64,000 nt of DNA from contig NC_043000.1 in assembly GCF_006345805.1 (NCBI RefSeq), forward strand, positions 31,868,001 through 31,932,000. The letters run 5' to 3'. The first letter of the stretch is position 1. Each line of letters begins with the position of its first letter. This DNA comes from Octopus sinensis. Lineage: Eukaryota. The position numbers and the translations under genes are program-made. Below the pieces are notes generated by a model, which saw nothing but the letters and a program-made list of their open reading frames with translations, did no database searches and was not told the origin of the DNA. This document shows positions 35,313-48,513 of this stretch, in pieces.

Positions 35313-35344
35313 GTCACTACAACTACTGCTACTACTACTGCTAC

Positions 35345-35742
35345 TGTTGCTGCTGCTGCTGTTGCTGTTGCTGTTGAGCGAACGATCTTCGTCCCAGAGC
35401 TCGCAAGATGGGAGGAGTCCGAAACGTAGTCCTTTGCTATTCGTAAGACCCGCAGAAGAGAAAGCAGGTCAACCCCCGACACCGAGAGCATCGACGGATA
35501 GATGAAATGCGCATCCAGGCTCAGCGGTTGCGTAGGAAGTCGGGGACAAGAAACAGGAAGAAAGAGGGAGAGAAAGTTGGGGCGAAAGAGTACAACAGGG
35601 GTCGCCACTACCCCCTGCCGGAGCCTCGTGGAGCTTTAGGTGTTTTCGCTCAATAAACACACACAACGCCTGGTCTGGGAATCGAAACCGTGATCCTCCG
35701 ACCGCGAGTCTGCTGCCCTAACCACTGGGCCATTGCACCTCC
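35345..35742 (-). mobile_element. SINE family C, full length
   Basis: Head GGAGGTGCAATGGCCCAGTGGTTAG; tail merges into a (CAG/TAG)n array. Confidence 0.9.
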
Positions 35743-35984
35743 ACCACCGTTTTCTTATGTCAGATGTCTTCTTCCTCGGCTAAACCCGAGAAACTGGTCA
35801 CAGCGTAATTCCTTGGTTCTTCCATTCCTCCATTTATTTTTCACTTGCTTTGAAGAAGCTCCTACGTCTGCTTCTTCGCATACTTTTGGAAGTCTCCTGT
35901 GCCGCAGGATTAACGCCTTCGCATCAGTATAATCCAGATCGCACAATTAATTCCGATTGTCCATATAATATTATCTTTTGCCTT

Positions 35985-36200
35985 ATATCTTTTACTTGCT
36001 TCTGTCATTTGACTGCGGTCATGCTGGAGCACCGTCTTCGAAGGTTTTAGTCAAATAAATCGACGTCAGGACTTCTTAAAGTGTGCTACTTATTCTATCG
36101 GCTTTTTGCCGAACCGCTAGGTTACAGAGATGTAAACACACCAACAGAGGTTATCAGATGGTGGTGGGATAAACACAGACACAAAGGCACATACACATAG
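35985..36200 (-). mobile_element. SINE family A, 3' half
   Basis: Reverse complement of the family A tail. Confidence 0.8.
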
Positions 36201-36242
36201 ATACACAGACACACCCGTTTATATTAATTTATATGTTTATAT

Positions 36243-36282
<40 letters not shown>

Positions 36283-36366
36283 GATTCAGAGGAATATGGT
36301 ACGTAAGTTAAAGGCACCAGAATGTTGTATGGTATTATCCCTATAAACCAAATGGGGTGATTATAA

Positions 36367-36690
36367 TCAAAATAAGCAACAAGGATATCCAAGGCAGAGT
36401 AGTACAATTGTTTCATGCTACTTCAGTTTATTTAACAATGTAAGTATTACATCAGTTTTAAAATGTCGAGCAATCTTCAGCCACAAATAGAATTTACCAA
36501 TTAAACGGACAATGCACATTCTTATCCCTATTTCATTTGCCAACATTACAAAGAGGGTAGATATATAGACAGAGAGGTTAATTTCATTCTTAAAAACATG
36601 ATAGTAGTATGTTCATTCTCCGTCGGTAGATTTTATCATTGAGTTCACTTTGTTATTTAGATCTATCAGTGGGGAGGGGTTTTTAGGCTT
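36367..36690 (-). mobile_element. PLE-type 3' repeat Z, copy 2, with long-stem-II HHR (36398-36485)
   Basis: GTGG-CTGAAGA-TTGC...GCAT-GAAAC-AATT-GTA-CTAC. Confidence 0.72.
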
Positions 36691-36830
36691 CTCTGGAGAC
36701 TGTCAAAATGACGTTGACGCCTCTCATGAGAATCGAATAAGGTTCGAAAATCGATTAAGGTCGTTAATCGTTTTTTCAGTCTGAGGAGAAATACCTGAGA
36801 TTTGCCCTGTTTATAATTATACCATATGTT

Positions 36831-36872
<42 letters not shown>

Positions 36873-36996
36873 TATATATATTATATATATATATATATAT
36901 TGTATAAAGGATCGGGGGTAAAGCCAGAACAATGCGAAGTAAATGCAAGGCAAATCACAAAAGAATAAATATATGAATTAATGTAGACTTACCTTG

Positions 36997-37370
36997 CATT
37001 CAATATTTCTGGGTTATGACCACATTTTCAAGAAATGAACGAATGTTGCCGATGTGCGTGTGTGGAGTGGACATGCGCAGAAAGGTGTTGCTATAGCAAC
37101 CAGCTAGCTTCTTGTAACTCTCTTATTTTGTTGGTATTTGGTTTCCCTTGGTGTATAAGGATGGCCTCAGAGATTCTAAGGTTGCCCCTGTTCCGCTGTG
37201 TTGTCTTGATGTACACTGTGGATTCCCGGGTCTGGCATTTCCGTAGATGTTTCTTCGCGGAAGCGTCTGTCTGCATGTGTTCCTTAATGCGTATTTGCAG
37301 TTTTCTTGTTGTGCTTCCTATGTAGGATGCGCTACATTTGCCACAAATGATCTCGTATACAAACATTCTG
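36997..37370 (-). mobile_element. Penelope-like GIY-YIG fragment plus decayed HHR
   Basis: VYEIICGKCSASYIGSTTRKLQIRIKEH...LRISEAILIHQGKPNTN; HHR remnant at 36997-37037. Confidence 0.85.
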
Positions 37371-38188
37371 ACAAAATAAATCAACACCGTCATCATCATC
37401 GTCATCTTCATCATCATCTTTATCATCATCATCGTCGTCGTTGTCGTCGTCGTCGTCATCACCTCTACCACCACCATCAGCAACAATATCATCATAATCA
37501 TAGTCGTCGTCATCATCATCATCATGTATATTCGACGGGCTATCCCCTCCTTGGTCAGCTTTTGAGATACTAGCCTCGTATGCCTTTTTAGGTACCGGTC
37601 GTGTTGGCCTTTTAAAGTGCTTTTCTTACCCCTACTGAGTAATTCAGGTACTGGCTACATGAGTCTTTTGAGGTATTCGTCACAAAGTACTGGCGACGTA
37701 GGGCTATTGAAGCCCCGGTCACGAAGGGATTTTCTGTCTATCATCCGCTCATGACATTCTATAGACCCATCTTTAGGTTAGATCTTATACTTTTCACCGT
37801 TTCTATTGTTGCTTCTGTTTTTTCTCACGTCTCACTGTCATTCCAGTCTCTGCCATTATTTTTGATGACTGCAAACACGATTTTCATGTTCAGTTTTGTA
37901 TTTATTACCGAAAAAAAACAAGGATACAATAAAATGAAATTTTAATGAAAACTATATTTAATAAAATAAATCATCACCATCATCATCATCATCATCTTCA
38001 TCATCTTTATCATCATCATCGTCGTCGTCATCACCTCCATCGCCACCATCATTATAATCATAGTCGCCGTCATCATCATCATCATCATCGATGTTATTAT
38101 TATAATATTTTTTATTAAAATTGCTGTTTTTGTTGTAATAGTTTCAGTTGTTAACGATAATAACAATGATAATAATAAAAATAATAAA

Positions 38189-38223
<35 letters not shown>

Positions 38224-38249
38224 TGATGATGATGATGATGATGATGATA

Positions 38250-38306
<57 letters not shown>

Positions 38307-38367
38307 ATGATTAATATTATTATTATTATTATTATTAATTATTATTATATTATTATTATTATAATGG

Positions 38368-38407
<40 letters not shown>

Positions 38408-38954
38408 CAATATTTCAAAGAATAATATAAACACGATTAACTATAAAAATGAAATATTGTACTTCGTTTGCCATCAGTATTATTTTTTTGTTGCTGTTTT
38501 GGAAAAAAGACATGAAAGAGGAGAAGGAGAATGAGAGGAGGAAGAGGAGGAGGAAGAGGAGTAATAGGAAGAAGCAGAGAAGGATGAAATGATGGTAATA
38601 ATGATGATGATGGTTAGGTTTATGGTGATGATGATGATGATGATGATGAGGAGGAGGAGGAGAGGAGGAGGAGGAGGAGGAGGAGGAGTGTTGTACCGAT
38701 GGTTATGCTGATGATGAAAATGATTGGCTGGGAGAGCAGTAAACGAATAAGTAATAGACTGTTGTTATAATTAGCCATTTGTGAAGTTGTCGTCCGTCTG
38801 ATGGATTCAAATTTTGAGCAGCGTATTAGTGTTATAACACTGGGTACTCTTTCCCTCTCTCTCAGTGTTGAGTACCATGTTAAAAGTGAGTACAAGTTTT
38901 CTCTCAATGATAAGTAGTATGAATAAGTTCAGGTTCTGTTGCAATAATGAGTAA

Positions 38955-39365
38955 AAGGCGCCGGTGTGGTTGTGTGGTAAGAAGCCTTCTTCCCAGCCAC
39001 ATGGTTTCAGGTTCAGGTTCAGTTTCACTACGTTGCACCTTGAGCAAGTGCCTTCTACTGTAGCCTCGAGCCTACCAAAGCCTTGCAAGCGGATTTGGTA
39101 GACGGAAACTGAAAGAAGCCCGTCGTATATATATGCATATACTTATGTGTGTGTGTTTGTGCCTATGTTTGTCTCCTCATCACCACCACTATCGCTTGAC
39201 AACCGATATTGGTGTGTTTACGTCCCCGTAACTTGGAGGTTTGGCAGAAGGGACCGATATAATAAGTACTAGGCTTACAAAGAACAAGTCCAGGGGTCGA
39301 TTTCTTCGACTAAAAGGCGGTGCTTCAGCATGACCCGTCAAATAACTGAAGCAAGTAAACGAAGG
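38955..39365 (+). mobile_element. SINE family A, full length
   Basis: Head to tail match to the family. Confidence 0.88.
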
Positions 39366-39719
39366 AAATATAAAAAATATGTCCTCTCAGTATTGAACAA
39401 TATCAGAATAATATAAAATGGTGTATTCCTTTGTTTTTGCAATTTTGAATAATATCGTGGAAAAACAAAAGCAACCCCCTTCTCCAAAATGCGAACTCGC
39501 TATCTCACGAAAATTTCAAACAAGTACGTCATTTCATCCATTAAAAAATAACTGTCTCTTGTCTTTTTAACGCTTTACGTGTGAATATATTTATTTATAT
39601 TTCGGTAAGTCTACATCCACACACACACACACTAACACACAAACATACAGAAATTAATACATTCATGTCCCTATACAAACACACGCATACTCAAATGTGT
39701 GTATATATGTCCATTGTCC

Positions 39720-40248
39720 ATTGGACACTTTGCAACAAGTATGGACTTGACAGAGCAAAAAAGTGGTACGAACATAAATTCGAAGGCATCATCGAAAATG
39801 ATAATGCAAAGATCCTATGGGATTTTGATTCAGTGTGACCATGAGATAGAGAATAGGAAACTAGATATAGTCTTAATTGAGAAAGAAATCAAACTATGCT
39901 GGATCATAGATATAGCATGCCCAGCAGACAACAAGGCATACAATAAGGAAGAAAGAAAATTCGATTGATATGACAGGTTAGCTTGGGAAGTTTAGCAGTT
40001 GTGGTCGCTATAAAAGGTGGTAGTAGTACCAATAATTCTCGGTGCCCTGGGTACGGTGAGTAAAAAGTTTTGAGAAGTGCATGGAACAAATAAGGGCTGC
40101 AACAAGGGTGGAGCACTTGCAGAAAACAGCACTGCTTGGGACCGCTCGAATACTCTGGAAGGTGCTAAAAAAATAAGGAGTGTAACCTTAGTTCACTGGT
40201 AGGAAACAGCTGACACTGTTAGAAGCTGTGCAAAGACAATAAATGATG

Positions 40249-40310
<62 letters not shown>
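39720..40310 (+). mobile_element. R4/Dong-type LINE 3' end with (TAA)n tail
   Basis: KILWDF, CDHEIENRKLDIVLIEK...IIDIACPAD and IILGALG motifs; TAA array at about 40250-40310. Confidence 0.85.
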
Positions 40311-40313
<3 letters not shown>

Positions 40314-40984
40314 CACACCTGTTCTTCTAACTGGACATACAAACATCTCTAGAGGGGTCAACTTCAACCTCCACAATATTACCTTGCACGAAATATACAA
40401 ACACTTTTTATTGCAATAACACAAACGCACATGGAAAAAATAATGATGCTAAGATTCTCTCTGGTCGAACACCTTCTCTATTCACAAATAATACAGAACA
40501 ACCCTTCCTTATTTTCTTAAGGCTAATAGTAGTAAAAATCTGAACTTTTTTTGACCCCACCCAAAAAAAAAAAAAAAAAAAAAAAGATAGTAATAGTCTG
40601 CGATATTTATCTATCTATCTTCTACACACACACACAAACCTCACCTCGGCTCTATTGTTAACCAAATATGAAAGTATTATTTGACAGGCAAGAACTCTGG
40701 CATTGAAGACAGTCAGCCAGCCAACCACCAAGCCAGCCACGAGACAGACAGACACTACTGTGATGGTGATAATGATAAAAAAACAAAAATAACAATAATA
40801 GATACTGCTGTGACTACACATAAAACAATATCATTGATGATGATGGTGGTGTGATGGTGATGGTGATGATGATAATGATGATGGTAGTGGTGGTGATAAT
40901 GATGATAGTGATGGTAATGGTGAAGATAATAACAATAATAAGCCGACTACGGCTGCTATAATGGTACGATTATAATTGTAACGG

Positions 40985-43900
40985 CAATGATGGCCGTCTC
41001 CCCACGAGCCAATCAAAGCTAAAAATGATAACATTATCGTAGCACCAAAATGTTTTTTGGAAACTAAAAGGAAAACTAAATCAGTATACCAAATCGCTTG
41101 TCCTATGGTTAATCTGGAAGCGCGTCCCCCAGGGAAGAGCCAGCCTGGGATCAAAAAGTCATCAACTGGCACAAACTCTTCTCCGAATACGGACATGGAT
41201 GGTCACTTGAACGGGAAATCCCCCAACTCGAGCTCCAAGTTCACCACCACAACCACCACAGAAAGAAAATGTAAGCGGAACAAATGGACCCGAGAAGAGT
41301 ATAAAGAAGTAATATACGCTTATTACTATGCATTAGGTAGGCCATCTCAAGAGAGACACACCGCAAACTCTTACAGTATATGGAGAACACGGAATCAAGA
41401 CAGTAGGCCCTATTTGGACGAGAAACAAATTAGCAAATGTGAGGAGGGATATCTTAGAAATAACAGGCTCACAGACAGTGAAATAAGTGCGATCAAGCAC
41501 GCAACGGAAAATGACATAAATATAAGACACAAAGGAAATGAAGAATCAGATGAACAGTATAGCCCGCCCGAGGCTTAATTGAAAGACTGCCATTGACCAA
41601 AGTACGCAAAGGCCTGAAGATACAAGAAATTCTATTGTACCTGTTAAAGATAGCAGGAGGAAAACGAAAAAACAACAGTAACTGAAGATCTCGCATTTGC
41701 TGAAGAACACAGAGAGTCTATGGCAGAAATGAGACAGAGAAAATCCTGAATACGCTTGAAGTTGTAAGTTGTAAGACTACAAGTATGAATGATAGAGAAC
41801 CGCTTCATAAACTCTCAAATACAAACCAAAATAAAAAACAAATCCAAATTGGCAACTATGTAACAAATGAAATAATACGAGAATTAAAACCTGATTTTAC
41901 TGAGTTAAATGAAATTATTTACGCTTCTGCTAGGGCAATTGAAACCAGCTGTATGCCCCCGAAAAAAAACAAAGAAAAAAAACCTGGGAAGAAATCAAAC
42001 CTGGAGAAGTAAAATTGAAAAAGAGATTGAATTTATGAGAGGGGAAATATCAATATTAAATGAACTAATATGTGGAAATGATGTAAGATCCAGAACAGGA
42101 AGAAAGATGAAGAGAAAATTTGGATCCTCACCAAGAGAAGAACTGATATCAATAAAAGCAACGCTGATGAAACAAAAAGTCCAGCAAAAGCCCAAAGAAT
42201 ACGAAGATTTGAGAAGAGAAACAAGTTTTGCAAGCAAAATAAGCTGTTCACATCCAATGCCAAAAAATTCTACAGAGAAATAGGGAAGGAGAAAGTAACC
42301 GTTAAAGACCCCCCTCCCATGGAAGAAGTTCAAAACTTTTGGGAAAGGATTTGGAGTGACAAGAAGACGTACAACATAAATGCAGACTGGATTATACAAA
42401 CTGAAGGATCCTACCAAAATTTACAACAACAAGCATGGGAAGACATCACAATAGCAGACCTAAGAAAGGCACTCACGAAGGCCCATAATTGGAAATCCCC
42501 GGTAAAGATAGGGTGCCGAATTTCTGGCTCGCATCGCTCCCGTGCGCAACGGTAAGCTAGTTCATCTGCTCAATGGAATTTTGAGAGACCCAAGAAAAAC
42601 ACCTGAATGGTTAGCAAGTGGCATTACTTACCTACTCCAAAGAATAACGAAACCAACCTTCCAAAAAACTATCGGCCTATAACCTGTCTATCCACCACGT
42701 ATAAAATCCTAACATCTATCCTGGCGGAGAAAACATATGCATTCATGGAGAAGAACGATATTTTCCCATTGAACAAAAAGGGTGCCGCCGAGGCTCTTAC
42801 GGATGCAAAGATCAACTGCTAATCAATCGTATGATCCTTGAGAACTGTCACAACAAGCGCAGAAATCTCAGCACCGCATGGATTGACTATAAAAAGGCCT
42901 TCGACAGTATACCGCATCCATGGATCTTGAGATCGCTGGACATCTTTAAAATTTCCCCTGTGATTTCAAACTTCCTGAAGCACAATATGTCGTTGTGGAA
43001 TACGAATCTCAAATTACACCACTCTAATGGAGTACTTGCCTCAGAAAATATAAACATCAACTGTGGAATTTTTCAAGGTGACTCACTTTCACCTTTAATA
43101 TTCTGCATAGCCCTAATACCCCTTACAAGTGAATTAAACAGAACAGGGTATGGGTATATAAATTGCCAATAAAAAAAATAAGCCATTTATTTTATATGGA
43201 TGACTTAAAACTTTATGGTAAAGACAATAATGAACTTGAAGGCCTATTGCGCACCGTGAAAGCATTCAGCGATGACATCGGGATGGAGTTTGAACTTGAG
43301 AAGTGTGCCAAGGCCACTTCCAGAAAGGGAAAGTGAAGACCACAAATTCAGTCGTGTTAGATGTTGACACAGTCATAAGAGAGCTTGAGCAAGAGAACAG
43401 ACATACAAATATTAGGGATAAATGAAGGCTCTGGTATTCAGCATGCAAGCATGAAAGAGAAAATCAGGAAGGAATGTTATAGGAGAGTTCGTGCAGTCCT
43501 GAAATGAACTAAATGCACGTAACAAGGTGTTAGCTATAAATTCCTTAGCAGTTCCAGTTGTTACTTATAGTTACAATGTGTTGAACTGGAATATGAGTGA
43601 AGTAAAGAATATAGATAGAAAAATACGCAAGCTGCTGAGTTGTAATAGGATGCACCACCCAAAGGCAGACGTAGATCGCCTTTACCTTCCCAGAGCCCAA
43701 GGAGGTCGAGGCCTGATCCAATTGAACTAGCTTACAAAACAACCACAATTGGACTGGCCAAATATCTCGAAATATCGAATGACTGGATGCTAAAGCTCGT
43801 GGAAAATCACGAGAGACGAAAGAAGCTTCATTCTATCATCAAGGAAAGCAAAAAATTTGCTATTGATCTCGTGCAGGATACCAAACTGAACAACCCGAGG

Positions 43901-44945
43901 GAAGTACGGCAACTATTGTTGCAAAGAAGGTGAAAATGATGGCAATGAAAAAAGCGCACGAGCAATGGGCTGATAGGTGGGAGGAGAAACCTCTGCACGG
44001 CAAATATGTGACCCGCAGCAACAAGCTGATGTTGACCAGAAGCAAACCCATCAGTGGCTGCGGAGCTCAGGGCTAAAAGCAGAGAGCGAAGGTTTCATCC
44101 TGGCTGCTCAAGACCAAAGCCTAATTAACCGGAAACTACCAGGCCATGTGATGAAAAATGGAGCAGACCCAAAATGCCGATTCTGCAACGACATGATGAA
44201 ACAGTGGACCACCTAATCTCTGGATGTAAAGTCTTAGCACCAGTGGAGTATAAATTAAGACATGACAGAGTTGGCCAATATCTCCACTGGCTAATAAGTC
44301 GGCATTACAATATCAAAACTGCCGAGAAGTGGTATAATCACCACCCTGAGGCTGTGTACTGAAGGAGAAAAATGTAACCATTCTGTGGGACTTTCCAGTA
44401 CATACAGACCGAACCATCAAGGCCAATAAACCAGATATTGTTGTGAAAGACCAAAACAATAAAGTTTGCTTATTGATCGACATGAGCATCCCTGTGATCA
44501 TAATATATCAGCGAAAGAGTTTGACAAGCTCAGAAAATATAAAGACCTACTCATTGAAATTGAGAAAATGTGGCATCTCAAGGCGGTTACAATACCAGTG
44601 ATCGTAGGAGCACTAGGAATGATCAAGAAGGGAACCGAAAATTATATGAGAATGATCCCTGGCTACCATCCCTGCAAGAAGTGCAAAAGATCGTCTTAAC
44701 TGGTACATCACACGTATTGAGAAGAGCATTGTCGATGTGAGAACTGTTGCTGCTCATGTATTTAATTAATTAACTTAAAAAAAAAAAAAAAAAAAAAAAA
44801 CGAACTACTGAGTTTGGTTTAATGGCCTACCATATACACTATGAGTTTCTTTGCCCTAGGAGTCGGGAAGACACTCGGCAAGAAATGGAAGAAAATTTGA
44901 AAGAAGAAAAAAAAAAGTAATAATAATAATAATAATAATAATAGT
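40985..44945 (+). mobile_element. Near full-length R4/Dong-type RLE LINE (RT, CCHC, RLE), many frameshifts
   Basis: KWTREEYKEVIYAYY; NYRPITCLSTTYK; WIDYKKAFDSIPH; GIFQGDSLSPLIF; YMDDLKL; HDRVGQYLHW; ANKPDIVVKD; ends in (TAA)n. Confidence 0.95.
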
Positions 44946-44989
44946 TACTAGAAAACTTAATGACAATGTGGTGAACTGAACCCACAACA

Positions 44990-45600
44990 TAAGCTGGGAG
45001 AGGTAAATATCAAAAGAGGAATCTTTCAAGGGGACAGTCTCTCGCCTCTCCATTTTGTTGTCTGCATACTGCCACTAATGAACGTTATAAGAAAGATGCG
45101 TGTGGGGCACATGCTGGGTAGGGTGAAAGTAAACAATGTGGTTTATGGATCACCTAAAGCTATTCGTTAAGACTGAGAAAGAAACTGAGAGTTTGACGGC
45201 AAGTGTGCAGATGATTAGCAAAGATATTTGGCATGGAATTTGGGATCGAGAAATGTGCTGTAATGATTCTCAAAAGGAGGAAAATCAGTTAAAGCCATGG
45301 GATCAAGCTGGAAAGTGGTAAAACTATAAAGGAAGTCGGAGAGGAAGGATATAAGTACCTGGGTATCATTGAATGTATAAGAGGAATAAACAGGAGATGA
45401 AAGAAATGTAGAGGAAAGAGTATTTGAGGAGAACTTGGCTTGTACTCCAATCGAAGCTAAATGGCCGCTATAAGATTAGAGCAATTAACACGTGGGCTGT
45501 TGCTTTGATGAGATATGGGGCAGGAATAGTATCTTGGAAGAAGCATGAATTACATGAGATAGACCGGATAACACGTAAATTAATAACAAGGTGCAAGGAA
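44990..45600 (+). mobile_element. Second Dong-type RT/post-RT fragment
   Basis: RGIFQG-like motif, then MDHLKLFVK, YKYLG and RAINTWAVALMRYGAG. Confidence 0.8.
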
Positions 45601-46259
45601 CTACAGCAGGTGGAAATAATGGTCAATAAGAAATCAGCAAAAATCGATAACAAATCAATCCAGTATCCTTTTTTTCCTTTCGTTTCTTTGTCTTCTATTC
45701 TTTTACACACACACACACACACCAAAGCACACACACGCACAAGCACACACACACACACACTTACACACACATTCTCTGAAAGGGAGAGAAACTGTAATTT
45801 TAGGCAATGTACAACGATCTGTTCAACAGAACGGTGACGTTTGTGCTGCTAGGAAAGTTACAGCTGCTGCCGTTGTCGTCGTTGATGATAACGATGATGA
45901 TGATGAAGAGGAGGAGGAGGAGGAAGAGGAGGAGTCTGTCCAGATAAAAGGAGCAGCAGGCATGATACAAGACACTCTGTGCCGACAGGTGAAACTCAGG
46001 ATACCAAGAAACCAACTCGACTGAGATAAAATATCTTATTATTCTCATCTGTGGTACAAAGTTCTCTTTTTTCCAGACACAAAAAACGAAACAGATACTA
46101 TATATATACATGTATGTATGTATGTATGCATGTATGTATGTATGTATGTATGTATGTATGTATGTATGTATGTATGTATGTATGTATGTATAAAAATCGA
46201 ACTCGGTACACATAGCAACATTATATCACAACTACTTTACCTCAACCGGTCCAGCTCTC

Positions 46260-46500
46260 TTTAATACCAAAATACGTCAGAACGGAAACAGATCCCATAA
46301 AATTCAAATGTTCACTGGACAAATTTCTTCAAAAAATCCCGGACCAACCTCCTACACCCGGATATGTCTCCAACAATAATAACTCTTTGCTAGGGTGGGC
46401 CATGGTGCTCCATATATGACTAAAAGACTTCACCAGGTGGTACTATTGAGCTAGACATGGCCTGAAGCTATACTAGCCGAAACCTATCATAGCTATCAAA
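46260..46500 (+). mobile_element. PLE-type dispersed repeat W (partner at 60055-60170, minus)
   Basis: Shared CCATGGT(G/A)CTCC..ATATGACTAAAAGACTTCACCAGGTGG...GCCGAAACCTATC; HHR-like remnant. Confidence 0.6.
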
Positions 46501-46776
46501 GTATATATATGCATACAAATACATAAATACACACATGCATGCATATATATAAATAAATACATAAATACATACATGCATGCATAGGTGTGTAGCCTTTTTA
46601 CAATTTACATTTTAATAACTCGGTTGAGATTTCAAACTGTGCAGAAATTCAATATAATCTCTCCTACACCGATAGAATAGGTGCGTGGCAGTATCACCTT
46701 TTAGAAAGAAATGGTTGACAGAGATTTCGAAGTCTCTGTCTACACACACTTACACACACACCTTTACATATATATA

Positions 46777-46872
<96 letters not shown>

Positions 46873-46889
46873 TATATGTGTGTATATAT

Positions 46890-47960
46890 ATATCATCATC
46901 ATCATCATCATCGTTTAACGTCCGCTTTCCATGCTAGCATGGGTTGGACGCTTCAACTGGGGCCTGGGAAGCTCGAAGGCTGCACCAGGCCAGTCAGATC
47001 TGGCAGTGTTTCTACAGCTGGATGCCCTTCCTAACGCCAACCACTCCGTGAGTGTAGTGGGTGCTTTTTATGTGTCACCGACACAGGTGCCAGACGAGGC
47101 TGGCGAACGGCCACGCTCGGATGGTGTTTTTTACGTGCCACCGGCACGGAGGCCAGGCGAGGCTGGCACGGCCACGATCGGATGGTGTTTGTTACGTGCC
47201 ACGAGCACGGAGGCCAGTCGATGCGGTACTGGCTACGGCCACGTTCGGATGGTCTTCTCATGTACCACCGGCACTGGTACCACAAAACTACAAATTCCAT
47301 TGATGTTGATCGATTTCGATTTTGATTTGATTCTTTGATTTTTGATTTTCACTTGCTTCAACAGGTCTTCACAAGTAGAGTTATGTGTCCCAAGAAGGAA
47401 GGTATGCACAGGTGGACTGACTACGTCCCAGGTAGGGGCCATGGGATATGGCCTCACTTGTCCTGCCGGGTCTTCTCACGCACAGCATACTTCCAAAGGT
47501 CTCGGTCTCTGGTCATTTCTTCGGTGAGACCTAAAGAGCGAAGGTCGTTCTTCACCACCTCGTCCCAGGTTTTCCTGGGTCTACCTCTTCCACAGGTTCC
47601 CTCAAACGCTAGGGTGTGGCACTTTTTCACACAACTATCTTCATCCATTCTTACTACGTGTCCATACCAGCGTAGACGCCTCTTGCACACCACATCTGAT
47701 GCTTCTTAGGTCCAACTTTTCTCTCAAGGCACTTACACTCTGTCGGGTATGAACACTGACATTACACATCCAACGGAGCATACTGGCGTCATTTCTTGCG
47801 AGCTTATGCATTAGAGCAAGGTCATCAGCATAGAGGAGCTTCCAGAGGCATCCTGTCTTGAATTCCTCCGTTATTGCCCGGAGGACTATGATAAATAGGA
47901 GGGTGCTGAGGACTGAGCCTTGGTGGACCCCAACCTCCACCCGGAATTCTTCACTGTACT
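46890..47960 (-). mobile_element. RTE-clade LINE 3' part with internal deletion and a 3' UTR minisatellite
   Basis: GVHQGSVLSTLLF, LLYADDL and RRLRWYGHVVRM...GRGRPRKTW; (GAT)n tail. Confidence 0.92.
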
Positions 47961-48018
47961 CGTTGCCAACCTCACCTTACTAACAGCGTCCCTGTACATG
48001 GCACGCACAGCTCTCACT

Positions 48019-48100
<82 letters not shown>

Positions 48101-48513
48101 TATATGTGTGTGTATGTATGTGCGTGTGTGTATATTCTTGTATATTTTTTATTCTTATACTAGTTTCGACTTTTCCGCATCTATATATATATATCATTTT
48201 CTGAGGCGTTCCATCTTACTAGATTTGTAGGCGATGGCACGACATCGTAGGATGAACGAATCAGAAAACTTATCCGAGATGTGGTCCACCTCCATATCTC
48301 ATTCCAACTTATTTTCCTTTCAACAACATGTTCCTCCCATCTCGTCATCTGTCCTTGTTGAGTACATTGGCTCGAATGATGCTCTCTTCTCTCTGTTTCC
48401 TTTGCTTTGAAGCTGTTGCTAACAACAGATCAACGTTCGCTCCGCATCATACTTGCAAACGGTCTGAACCGATCTGCGTCAAACCCTTCCGATGAATTTG
48501 CGTTGCATCACCG

